From an uncultured delta proteobacterium (GTDB lineage: Bacteria; Myxococcota_A; UBA9160; UBA4427), in contig CAWGJT010000016.1 in assembly GCA_963822965.1 (NCBI GenBank), positions 1 to 35,680 on the forward strand: a stretch of 35,680 bases of DNA, in the 5' to 3' direction. A program made the translations under genes and the position numbers. This document shows positions 27,506 to 35,680 of this stretch, one piece after another. The notes under the pieces are model-generated. The model was given only the letters and a program-made list of their open reading frames with translations, was not told the DNA's origin and searched no databases. How positions within the stretch are numbered: the first letter of the stretch is position 1; each line of letters begins with the position of its first letter.

Positions 27506-28330
27506 ATGCGATCGGCAATCTGGCTCGGTTTGGCTTGGGCGTGCGCTGGCTTCGTCGTCGCGGCGGCCTCGGCAGACGAGCTCCAGGGCTCGCCGGACGT
27601 GGCGCTCGATCCAGGAGGCGCTCTCGGTCCGGCCCAGGTCACCACCGACCTGACGGCGGGCGTCCCCGCCCCCGTCGACCTCGGGCCGCTGCCGGACGGC
27701 GCGAACGTCACGAGCTACACGACCTACGGCGGGTACGTGTTCTTCTCCGTCGATCACACGCTGTCGCTCCCCGGCGGCGTGACCGCGCGGCCCCGCGACA
27801 TCGTGGGCTGGGACGGCGTCTCCCATACGATCGCGCTCGAGGGCGCCGCTCTCGGAATTCCCGACGGCGCCGCCTTCGACGCCTTCTGGGTCGATCCGGG
27901 GACCGGCGCGTTCCTGCTCTCGTTCGACACCACGCTCGAGCTGCTCGGCACGCCGATCCTCGACGCCGACGTGGTCGACGGTGCGTTGGTGCCCGTGTTC
28001 GACTCCGCCGCGGCGGGGCTGCCACCGGGGGTCGACGTGGACGCCGTGAGCGGCATCCCGGGCAGCAACGTCCTGCTGCTGTCCTTCGACGTGGGGGGCA
28101 CGGTCGGCGGGGTCGTCTTCGCCGACGAGGACGTGCTCGCCTACGACCCGGGCACGAACGGCTGGTCGCTCTACCTCGACACCTCGGCGGTCGACGGCGC
28201 GTGGGAGCGCGCCGACCTCGATGCGCTCCACCTCGTGCCGGAGCCGGGCCGGCTGCCGGCGCTCGCCGCCGGCATGGCGCTGCTCGCGGGGCTGGCGGGC
28301 CGACGGCGGCGGCACGCCGCGGGGCCGTGC
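27506..28330 (+). CDS. PEP-CTERM protein with three acidic internal repeats; no stop codon, reads in-frame into the next protein
   Basis: Signal MRSAIWLGLAWACAGFVVAAASA; repeats FFSVDHT..RDIV / LLSFDTT..ADVV / LLSFDVG..EDVL with DxDA motifs; LVPEPGRLPALAAGMALLAGLAGRRRR. Confidence 0.8.
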
Positions 28331-28348
28331 GCGGCCGACCGGGACGAC

Positions 28349-29365
28349 GTGCCCGATCCCCGGCGACGGGCCATCGCGCTGCTCGCCACGCTCGTGGGCG
28401 TGCTGCTGGCGCTGTGGCCGGTGAGGGCGGTCCGCGCCGGGTCGGGCGCTCTCGAGATCGACCAGAGCTGCGCGACCCTCACGGGCTGCTTCGCCGGGGA
28501 TGCGGCGGGCTTCCCGGTCACGATCTCGAGCCCCGGCCACTACCAGCTGACGAGCGGGATCGCCGTAGCGAACGCGGCGCTGCACGCCATCGCGGTGACG
28601 TCGGACGACGTGACGATCGACCTCCGGGGCTTCGAGGTCGCGGGGCCCGTCACGTGCAGCGGATCGGGCTCGGGCCTGGCCTGCACCTTCGCGGGCACGG
28701 CGGGGCGCGGGATCGAGGCCGGCGCGCACCGGCGCGTACGGGTGGACGACGGCGTCGTTCGCGGCTTCGCGGACGGAGGCGTCGTCCTGGGCGACGACGG
28801 GTCGGTCGGGGGCGTCACCGCCGAGTCGAACGGCGGGGACGGGATCGCGACGGGTGATCGCGCCCGGGTCGAGGCCGCGATCGCCTTCGCGAACGCGGGA
28901 GCCGGCATCGCGACGGGCGCCTACTCGGTCGTCTCCCGCAGCGTCGCCCGGGAGAATCGGGCGGACGGGCTCGCGGTCGGCAATGCCAGCACGCTCTTCC
29001 GCAGCACGGCCGCGGTCAACGGCGGCGACGGCATCGTGGCAGCGGCCGGCAGCGTCGTCCGGACCTGCGCGGTGCACGCCAACGAGGGCGACGGCATCTC
29101 CGCCGGCTCGGCCGTGCTCGTGAGCGAGAGCGCGGTGTCGCAGAACGGCGGAATGGGCGTCCGGGCGGTCCTCATCGCCGCCATCCAGCACAGCGCCGTC
29201 TACGAGAACGGCACGGGGCCCGGTGACTACGGGCTGCACCTCACGCTCGGGGCCAGCAGCTACCGGGAGACCGTGGTGGACCAGAACGGAGTCGGTGCCG
29301 GCACCGTGCTGGGAGGGGTCGACCTGGGCGCCAACGTGTGCGACGGCGCGGCGAGCTGTCCATGA
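28349..29365 (+). CDS. Secreted Cys-capped beta-helix protein, paralog 1 (in frame with the upstream PEP-CTERM ORF)
   Basis: Own signal peptide VPDPRRRAIALLATLVGVLLALWPVRAVRA; LEIDQSCATLTGCFAGDAAGFPVTI, TIDLRGFEVAGPVTC, roughly 22-aa N-G-x-x-G-I repeats, C-terminal GGVDLGANVCDGAASCP. Confidence 0.85.
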   Translation: MPDPRRRAIALLATLVGVLLALWPVRAVRAGSGALEIDQSCATLTGCFAGDAAGFPVTISSPGHYQLTSGIAVANAALHAIAVTSDDVTIDLRGFEVAGPVTCSGSGSGLACTFAGTAGRGIEAGAHRRVRVDDGVVRGFADGGVVLGDDGSVGGVTAESNGGDGIATGDRARVEAAIAFANAGAGIATGAYSVVSRSVARENRADGLAVGNASTLFRSTAAVNGGDGIVAAAGSVVRTCAVHANEGDGISAGSAVLVSESAVSQNGGMGVRAVLIAAIQHSAVYENGTGPGDYGLHLTLGASSYRETVVDQNGVGAGTVLGGVDLGANVCDGAASCP

Positions 29366-30354
29366 GACGCCGAACGCGCCGGCACGCGCCGAGGAAGGAT
29401 CTCTGCGTGGCTCTGCTTGCGCTGATCGCGAGCCCGACGGGCAGCGCGCACGCCGCGGACGGCGCGCTGGAGATCCACCAGGCCTGCGCGCTCGCAGCGG
29501 ACGGTTGCTTTGCGGGGGACCTCGGCGGCTTCCCGGTGACGCTGGCGCAGCCGGGGGCCTACGTGCTCACGAGCGACCTGCTGGTGACCGCCACCGACAC
29601 CCCCGCCATCTATGCCGTCGCCGACGGCGTGACGATCGACCTGAACGGCTTCGAGGTGCGGGGACCGGTCACCTGCACGGGCGCCGGGCCGACGCTCGGC
29701 TGCGCGCCCGCCTCCATCGGCAACGGGATCTCGCTCGCGGACCGCGGGGCCGTCGCCGGGGGCAGCGTCCGGGGCTTCGGCAGCGACGGCGTCGTGGCGG
29801 GCGACCGCGCGCGCCTGCGCGACCTGCTGCTGGAAAGCAACCGAGGCTTCGGAGCCCAGCTGGGAGCGAGCGCGATCGTCAGCGCGACGAGGATCCGCCG
29901 CAACCAGGGCCTCGGCATCCTCGCGGGACCGGGCACGGTGATGGACGGCTGCACGCTGGAGGAAAACGGCGGCGGGGCCAGCAGCATCGGCATCGGATCC
30001 GTGGTCGTCGCCACCACGGCGCGCGGCAACGGCGGCAGCGGCATCGGGACCCAGACGGGCAGCGTGTCGCACGGCGGGGTGGCGGCCGACAACGAGCTCG
30101 ACGGCATCGTCGCGAGCCTCGGCAGCGTGGTCTCGGGGAACGTGAGCGCCGGCAACGGCCGGCTCGGCATCAACGCCTCGAACGGCTCGGCGGTGCAGCG
30201 CAACGCGGTGCAAGGGAACGGCGGCTTCGGGATCTCCATGTTCCCCCGGGCCGGCTACCGCGAGAACACGATCAGCGCCAACGGCGGCGGGACGGTGCTG
30301 GGCGGCGTGGACGCCGGCTCCAACGCCTGCGATGGCGTGGCGGCGTGTCCATGA
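29362..30354 (+). CDS. Secreted Cys-capped beta-helix protein, paralog 2
   Basis: ATGA overlap with paralog 1; signal peptide; DGALEIHQACALAADGCFAGDLGGFPVT, TIDLNGF, N-x-G-x-G repeats, YRENTISANGGGTVLGGVDAGSNACDGVAACP. Confidence 0.9.
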   Translation: MRRRTRRHAPRKDLCVALLALIASPTGSAHAADGALEIHQACALAADGCFAGDLGGFPVTLAQPGAYVLTSDLLVTATDTPAIYAVADGVTIDLNGFEVRGPVTCTGAGPTLGCAPASIGNGISLADRGAVAGGSVRGFGSDGVVAGDRARLRDLLLESNRGFGAQLGASAIVSATRIRRNQGLGILAGPGTVMDGCTLEENGGGASSIGIGSVVVATTARGNGGSGIGTQTGSVSHGGVAADNELDGIVASLGSVVSGNVSAGNGRLGINASNGSAVQRNAVQGNGGFGISMFPRAGYRENTISANGGGTVLGGVDAGSNACDGVAACP

Positions 30355-31334
30355 GTGGCCGTCGGAGGCGACTCGCAGCCCTCGCGGCGCTCCTCGCACC
30401 GTGGGTCGCGGCGGGATCCACCCGGGCCGACGACGGCCGGGTCGAGATCAACCAGACCTGCGCGGTCCATACCGGCTGCGGCCTCGGGGACGCACCGGGC
30501 TTTCCGGTCACGGTCGGGAGGGGCAGCTACGTGCTCACCGGTCCCCTGAGCGTCAGCGATCCGGACCTCGACGCGATCGAGGTGGGGGCGAGCTCGGTAG
30601 CGATCGACCTGAACGGCTTCGGCGTCACGGGGCCGGTGAGCTGCATCAACTTCGGGACACTGATCAGCTGCTTGCCCGCCGGCAGCGGCCGAGGCATCGA
30701 TGCCGAGAGCCGAAGCGACGTCCGCGTCTGGAACGGCCGGGTCTCCGGCTTCGCCTCGGAGGGCGTCCGTACGGGCAACCACGCGACGATCCGCCGACTG
30801 ATCGTGCGCTCCAACGGGGGCTCGGGCGTGCGGGTCGGCACGCACTCGCTGATGCGCGAGATCGTGGCCTGGCAGAACGCCGGCAACGGCATCCAGGCCC
30901 TGGGCGGCTCTCTCGTCGAGCGCGTGATCGCCAGTGGCAACGGATTCGACGGCATCCAGCTCGACAGCGGCTCGTCCGTGATGCGGAGCGTGGCGACGAA
31001 CAATGGGGACGATGGCGTCAACACGGGCAGCGGCTGCGTGGTCCACGAGAGCATGGCGAGCGGGAACGAAGACAACGAAATCGAGGCAGGGGCTGCGAAC
31101 CGGGTCAGCGCGAGTCTTGCGGGCGGCAACGAAGGCAGTGCCATCTCGGTTGGCGCCGGCTCCGCGGTGCAGGGCGTTCTCGCGACCGCGGACACTTCGG
31201 GCTTCGCACTGGAGCTCGCGGCCGACGCGAGCTACCGGGAGAGCGTGCTGCGCGCCACGCCCCCGGCCGGCAGCGTGAGCGGCGGCATCGACCTCGGCGC
31301 GAACTCCTGCAACGGCACCGGGGCATGCCCGTGA
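30351..31334 (+). CDS. Secreted Cys-capped beta-helix protein, paralog 3
   Basis: ATGA overlap; MSGRRRRLAALAALLAPWVAAGSTRA; DGRVEINQTCAVHTGCGLGDAPGFPVT, AIDLNGF, repeats, GGIDLGANSCNGTGACP. Confidence 0.9.
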   Translation: MSGRRRRLAALAALLAPWVAAGSTRADDGRVEINQTCAVHTGCGLGDAPGFPVTVGRGSYVLTGPLSVSDPDLDAIEVGASSVAIDLNGFGVTGPVSCINFGTLISCLPAGSGRGIDAESRSDVRVWNGRVSGFASEGVRTGNHATIRRLIVRSNGGSGVRVGTHSLMREIVAWQNAGNGIQALGGSLVERVIASGNGFDGIQLDSGSSVMRSVATNNGDDGVNTGSGCVVHESMASGNEDNEIEAGAANRVSASLAGGNEGSAISVGAGSAVQGVLATADTSGFALELAADASYRESVLRATPPAGSVSGGIDLGANSCNGTGACP

Positions 31335-32299
31335 GGCGGCGTTGTGGGGCGCTCCTGGCGGCCCTGCTGGGCGTCGCGCTGGCGTCGGGCGCGCATGCGG
31401 GCGACGGCGTGCTCGAGATCAACCAGGCGTGTGCCACCGCGACCGGCTGCGTGGCGGGTGACGCACCGGGCTTCCCCGTCACGCTGGGCTCCGGCAGCTT
31501 CCGCCTGACGGGCAACCTGAGCGTCAGCGACCCCGACAAGAACGGCATCGAGCTCCTGACCGCCGGCGCGACCCTCGACCTGAACGGATTCGAGGTGGTC
31601 GGCCCGGTGATCTGCACGGGCACCGGCTCGACCGTGAGCTGCTCTCCCGGAACGGGGATCGGCATCCTCGGCTCCGAGGAGGCACTGGTCGTTCGCAACG
31701 GCCGGGTGCGCGGCTTCGGCGACATCGGGGTCTTCGTCGACGTGCGATCCCAGGTGCACGACCTGGTGGCCGAGGCCAACGGCTTCCGAGGCATCCACGT
31801 GCGCAGCTACTCGATCGTCACCGGCTCGGTCGCCCGCCGGAACGGTGCCGACGGCATCTTCACCAGCCCCTTTGGGGTCGTCGAGCGATGCCTCGCCTCG
31901 GGCAACCACGACAACGGCTTCTTCGTCAACGGCGGCGGAATGCTCTTCTTCGACAGCGTTGCCGAGGGCAACGGCCAGGATGGCTTCCGAGCGGCCAGCG
32001 GATCCCTCTTGATCCGAGGCAGCAGCGCCCAGGGCAACGGCGGCAGCGGAATCGTGGTGCCCTCCCAGGGCCTGGTCAGCGACAACGCCGCCACGGGCAA
32101 CGGCAGCCACGGCGTGAGCGTCTCCTCCCACGACCTCGTGCAGGGCAACGACCTGCGCTCGAACGCGGGCTTCGGCCTCGACGCGGGCAGCAGCACCGCC
32201 TGGCGCGAGAACACGATCAGCAACAACGCCGGCGGCACGGTGAGCGCCGGCGTCGACCTCGGCGCCAACTCCTGCAACGCCACCACCAGCTGCCCTTGA
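31331..32299 (+). CDS. Secreted Cys-capped beta-helix protein, paralog 4
   Basis: GTGA overlap (alternative ATG at 31325); RRRCGALLAALLGVALASGAHA; DGVLEINQACATATGCVAGDAPGFPVT, TLDLNGF, WRENTISNNAGGTVSAGVDLGANSCNATTSCP. Confidence 0.9.
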   Translation: MRRRCGALLAALLGVALASGAHAGDGVLEINQACATATGCVAGDAPGFPVTLGSGSFRLTGNLSVSDPDKNGIELLTAGATLDLNGFEVVGPVICTGTGSTVSCSPGTGIGILGSEEALVVRNGRVRGFGDIGVFVDVRSQVHDLVAEANGFRGIHVRSYSIVTGSVARRNGADGIFTSPFGVVERCLASGNHDNGFFVNGGGMLFFDSVAEGNGQDGFRAASGSLLIRGSSAQGNGGSGIVVPSQGLVSDNAATGNGSHGVSVSSHDLVQGNDLRSNAGFGLDAGSSTAWRENTISNNAGGTVSAGVDLGANSCNATTSCP

Positions 32300-32365
32300 G
32301 ACGTGGACGGCGGGGCGTCCCGCGAGTCGCTGACGTCGTGCCACGAGACCCGCGAGGATGCTTGC

Positions 32366-33394
32366 ATGTCCAAGGCGCTCCGCTTCCCGATCCTGCTGCT
32401 GTCGTTCCTCGGCGCGCCTCTTCTCGTCCTGGGCGTCCCGGCGTCGGGGCATGCGGGCGACGGCCGGCTCGAGATCAACCAAGCGTGCGCGACCGGCGGC
32501 GGCTGCTTTGCCGGCGATGCATCGGGCTTTCCCGTCCGGATCGGCGCGCCGGGGAGCTACCTGCTCACCTCGAGCCTGGAACCCGGCTCGGCGGATGCCA
32601 TCGTGATCGGCGCCGGCGTGCGCGTGGTCACCATCGACCTGAACGGCTTCGTGATCCAGGGCCCGGCCACCGGCAGCGGGACGGGCATTCGGGGCGAGTC
32701 GGGCGCTTCGGCCATCACGATCCGCAACGGCAGCGTCAGCTCCATGGGAGGCGACGCGATCGACATCGGCGGCTCCGCGGTGATCGAGTCGGTGAACGCC
32801 CTCGGAAGCGGTGGCGATGGATTCGACGTGAACCAGACCTCCCTGGTGCGCGACTGCCGCATCGTGGGCAACGCCGGCTACGGCATCCGCTTCAGCGACG
32901 AGAGCTCCTTCTACAGCGGCAACGTCTTCACCGCCAACGCCACCGGTTCGGTGCTGCTCGGGCGGGCGGGCGGCAGCAACCTGTGCGACGACGCGCTCTG
33001 CAGCTCGGTGGACCGGCGGCGCTACTACGTGACGTCGGGGTCCTACCCGGGGAGCGCCGCGGGCGCCCCGGGCGTGTGCGCGCCGGGCTTTCACTTCGCC
33101 AGCTTCTTCGAGCTCGTCGATCCCTCGAGCCGGATCTACGACGAGAGCCTCGGCCTGAGCCTCGGCACGGGGGCGCCGATCGACGTCCCGGGCTGGTTCG
33201 AGGTCGGCACGACCCTGAGCGACCCGTCCCTGCGCTGTAGCGGCTGGAGCACGACCACGGGAACGGGCTTCGGAGCCCGGCTGGCGTTCGGCGATCTGAC
33301 GAGCCCGAGTCCGCCGACGCCGGCGGCTTCGCCGTGGACCGCCGTCCTGGTGCCCTGCAGCTCGAGCCTGCGCGTCTGGTGCGCCGAGGACTGA
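32366..33394 (+). CDS. Secreted protein, paralog 5: shortened beta-helix plus a Cys-rich C-terminal domain (C-type-lectin/DUF1554-like)
   Basis: Signal peptide; DGRLEINQACATGGGCFAGDASGFPV, TIDLNGF, few repeats, GGSNLCDDALC, then RRRYYVT..VCAPGFHFASFFEL..CSGWST..PCSSSLRVWCAED. Confidence 0.85.
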   Translation: MSKALRFPILLLSFLGAPLLVLGVPASGHAGDGRLEINQACATGGGCFAGDASGFPVRIGAPGSYLLTSSLEPGSADAIVIGAGVRVVTIDLNGFVIQGPATGSGTGIRGESGASAITIRNGSVSSMGGDAIDIGGSAVIESVNALGSGGDGFDVNQTSLVRDCRIVGNAGYGIRFSDESSFYSGNVFTANATGSVLLGRAGGSNLCDDALCSSVDRRRYYVTSGSYPGSAAGAPGVCAPGFHFASFFELVDPSSRIYDESLGLSLGTGAPIDVPGWFEVGTTLSDPSLRCSGWSTTTGTGFGARLAFGDLTSPSPPTPAASPWTAVLVPCSSSLRVWCAED

Positions 33395-33452
33395 GCCCGG
33401 GCCGAGCTCGACGCACGAGGCGCCGAGCGGGCCACGGCAGGGACCCGGTGCC

Positions 33453-33959
33453 TCAGCGATCGGCGGCGTGCCGGCGAGCGCGCGGCCGGAGGACCAACGC
33501 CAGGGCGAGGCCGAGCAGGAGCCCGGTCGACGGCTCCGGAACCCGGCCGTAGAAGCTCAGGTGTGAGAGCGCCGGGAGCTGGCAGCCGGGGTTCGGGATG
33601 TCGAGGGTGTCCCACGTCTCACCCGAGGGATCCATCACCTCGAACAGCGCGAAGTTCGGGCCCGCCTTCACGACGAAGTAGCGCGGCTCGATCTCGGCGC
33701 CCCGGTTGCTCCAGGCCCCGCTCGTCTCGTCGTCGAAGCTCACCTGGAAGAGGCTTCCGTCGTCTTCCCCGGGCGCGCGCTCGATCAGCACCAGATCGGG
33801 CTCGCCCAGGATCTCGCAGACCGCGCAGCGATCGTTCCCCTCGCTGTAGAAGTCGTTGCCCGAGAACGTGCCGACCAGCGAGCCCGCAGACGCGGCCGCG
33901 GGCACGAGCAGAGCCATCGAGATTGCAGACATCAGAAGCCGGGCCACGAGCCGGTGCAC
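33453..33959 (-). CDS. Small PEP-CTERM protein
   Basis: GAGGAGG RBS before GTG 33959; signal peptide ending AAASA; YFVVKAGPNFALF, LSHLSFYG; VPEPSTGLLLGLALALVLRPRARR. Confidence 0.9.
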   Translation of the reverse strand: MHRLVARLLMSAISMALLVPAAASAGSLVGTFSGNDFYSEGNDRCAVCEILGEPDLVLIERAPGEDDGSLFQVSFDDETSGAWSNRGAEIEPRYFVVKAGPNFALFEVMDPSGETWDTLDIPNPGCQLPALSHLSFYGRVPEPSTGLLLGLALALVLRPRARRHAADR

Positions 33960-34069
33960 GAGCGATCCTCCTCGACCTCCCGCATGTGGTCTGGGACGAG
34001 CGCTTGTGTCGGGCGGAATCCACCCCCTGCCGGAAAATCCCTTGCCCCCTGGGGGAATGCGGCGCTCCG

Positions 34070-34597
34070 GCCCCGGACAGGCTGCACGTCTCGGTTCGCT
34101 ACGTCTCGTTCCGCTGGGGCCTCGGCCGGCTCGGCAAGCTGGGCGCCCGGGCCGAGCGCGCCCTGGACGCGCTGGAGGTGGAGGACTCACCCGAGAAGCT
34201 GATGGACTTCTACCGCCGATACGATCGAGACGAGATCGAGGACGAGACCTATCGGGAGCACCTATCGGCCCTCGAGGAGGGCTATGCGCACCTGGACGCC
34301 CTGCTCGCGAGCGACCGCCGGCCCTTCCTGACCGGAGACACCTTCTCGGCCGCCGACATCATCTGGTCGATCAAGGTGCTCCGCATCCACGAGTGCGGCT
34401 ATCCCTTCCAGCGGAGCTTCCCCACCTTGTTCGCCTGGTACCAGCGGGTCTCCCAGCGCCGCGGATTTCGGGAAGGCGTGATGGCTCGCCACGGCACCAT
34501 GAGCCGCGCCTTCCGGATCAAGGCGGCGGTCGAGAACCTCCTGGGGCGGGGTCTGCAGGGCATGAGCGCGAGACCGAGAATCCCCGCGCCGCGGTGA
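34070..34597 (+). pseudogene. Glutathione S-transferase C-terminal domain; N-terminal thioredoxin-like domain missing
   Basis: GYAHLDALLASDRRPFLTGDTFSAADIIW..FPTLFAWYQRVSQRRGF; no in-frame start or GST_N sequence in the roughly 110 bp before the divergent gene. Confidence 0.7.
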
Positions 34598-34739
34598 CCG
34601 CCGATGCCGCCGGGTCGTAGGCCGGACGATCGAGGCCGCAGCCCGGCACGCCCGAGATCCTCTACGATTCGTGTCTCGCGCCCGTCCGCCTCCCGGGACG
34701 GCATGGGCCGCGCGCCGACAGCCCGAGGAGATCGACGCG

Positions 34740-35680
34740 TTGAGAGCCTGGCAGGTCGTGCAGCACGGACCGCCCGAGCAGGCGTTGAGGTCGGTGACGC
34801 TTCCCGAGCTGGCGCCGCCCGGCGCCGGGCTCGTCGCGGTCCGGGTGTCCGCGGTGTCTCTCAACTTCAACGACGTCGACATGTGCCATGGGCGCTACCC
34901 GACGATCGATCCGGCTCTGCCCTTCACCCTGGGCATGGATCTGTGCGGCGTCGTCGAGGCGGTCGGGCCGGGGTTGGAGGAATGGCTCGGACGGCGGGTG
35001 GTCTCGACGGGTCTCGGCGGCTTCGGTGCCCTCGCGGAGCGTTCCTACGCACCCGACGCCTCGCTCTTCGACGCGCCCGCGAGCCTCGACGATGCGGAGG
35101 CGGCGGCCTTCTTCATCCCGTTCCACACCATGCACCTGGCACTCTTTCGCAGGGCCCGCCTTCGGAGCGGGCAGACCCTGCTCGTCCACGCCGGCGCCGG
35201 CGGGCTGGGCTCGGCTGCGATCCAGCTGGGGGCCGCGGCCGGGGCGCGGGTATTCGCGACGGCCGGCTCTCCGGAGAAGATCGCGTTCTGCGAGCGGCTC
35301 GGGGCCGAGCGGGCCATCGACTACCGAGCCGGTGACTTCGTCGCCGAGGTGCTCGAGGCGACCGGCGGCCGCGGGGTCGACGTCGTCTGCGATCTGGTCG
35401 GCGGGCCGGTGGCCCTGCCTTCCTGGCGTTGCGTGGCCCACGAAGGGCAGTACCTGGTCGCCGGGTTCTCCTCCGGCATCGAGGCGGGCGAGGCCGGCCT
35501 TCCGCCTCGGCCCGTCGCCAAGGGCAACTTCTCCCTGGTAGGAGTCATGATGGCCTACCAGTCGCGAGAGGTTCCGGGCCTTCGAGACGCCGGCTTCAGC
35601 CCCTTCCCGCGCGAGGTCGGCGAAGAGACACACGCCGCGCTGCTCGAGCTGCTCGAGGCGGGAAGGATCGCGCCGGTCGT
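34740..35680 (+). CDS. NADPH:quinone oxidoreductase family (MDR) protein; runs off the window end
   Basis: Manual translation from TTG 34740 (GAGGAG RBS): MRAWQVVQHGPP, VRVSAVSLNFNDVDMCHGRYP, PFTLGMDLCGVV, LLVHAGAGGLGSAAIQLG, TGGRGVDVVCDLVGG. Confidence 0.93.
   Translation, partial: MRAWQVVQHGPPEQALRSVTLPELAPPGAGLVAVRVSAVSLNFNDVDMCHGRYPTIDPALPFTLGMDLCGVVEAVGPGLEEWLGRRVVSTGLGGFGALAERSYAPDASLFDAPASLDDAEAAAFFIPFHTMHLALFRRARLRSGQTLLVHAGAGGLGSAAIQLGAAAGARVFATAGSPEKIAFCERLGAERAIDYRAGDFVAEVLEATGGRGVDVVCDLVGGPVALPSWRCVAHEGQYLVAGFSSGIEAGEAGLPPRPVAKGNFSLVGVMMAYQSREVPGLRDAGFSPFPREVGEETHAALLELLEAGRIAPV

Noticed and set aside
26012..29239. 1075-aa minus-strand ORF and the other long Arg/Pro/Gly-rich ORFs in the track
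   Set aside because: They overlap well-supported genes on the other strand or frame and contain no recognisable motifs.
29223..32299. ORF-track entries of 703 aa and 655 aa implying larger array proteins
   Set aside because: Their N-terminal halves are off-frame readings of the preceding paralog; the real starts are at the ATGA/GTGA overlaps, each followed by a signal peptide.
28349..33394. DGR or invertible-cassette mechanism behind the paralog array
   Set aside because: No reverse transcriptase or recombinase and no near-identical template/variable repeat pair; the paralogs are diverged along their whole length.

Overview
GC-rich bacterial window, probably from a Myxococcota/deltaproteobacterial lineage (inferred from several PEP-CTERM proteins, a DUF2378-like protein and the GC content). 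Scattered 1-2 nt indels break otherwise well-conserved genes, which looks like long-read error. From left to right it holds: (1) a 7TM-PAS histidine kinase; (2) a Tyr-rich PEP-CTERM protein followed by an AlkP-TPR-sulfotransferase fusion; (3) further PEP-CTERM genes, one 5'-truncated; (4) an F420-dependent nitroreductase; (5) a TetR-controlled catabolic operon (VOC, SDR, FAD monooxygenase, membrane-anchored FAH) plus an esterase, with a clear double operator; (6) a lipoprotein alpha/beta hydrolase and DUF4105/Lnb-like pair; (7) a RecQ helicase with a histone-H1-like N-terminal tail; (8) an enoyl-CoA hydratase, a PNPOx-family protein, a secreted beta-helix protein with a CXXCH motif, an SLT and a CYP153-like P450; (9) a PEP-CTERM gene followed by five paralogous Cys-capped secreted beta-helix proteins, the last with a lectin-like tail; (10) another PEP-CTERM gene, a truncated GST and a quinone oxidoreductase. 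Two MITEs sit exactly on stop codons; their termini are unrelated but they share one internal hairpin core. The best candidates for undescribed systems are the PEP-CTERM/beta-helix array, the PEP-CTERM/sulfotransferase-AlkP pair and the shared-core MITEs.
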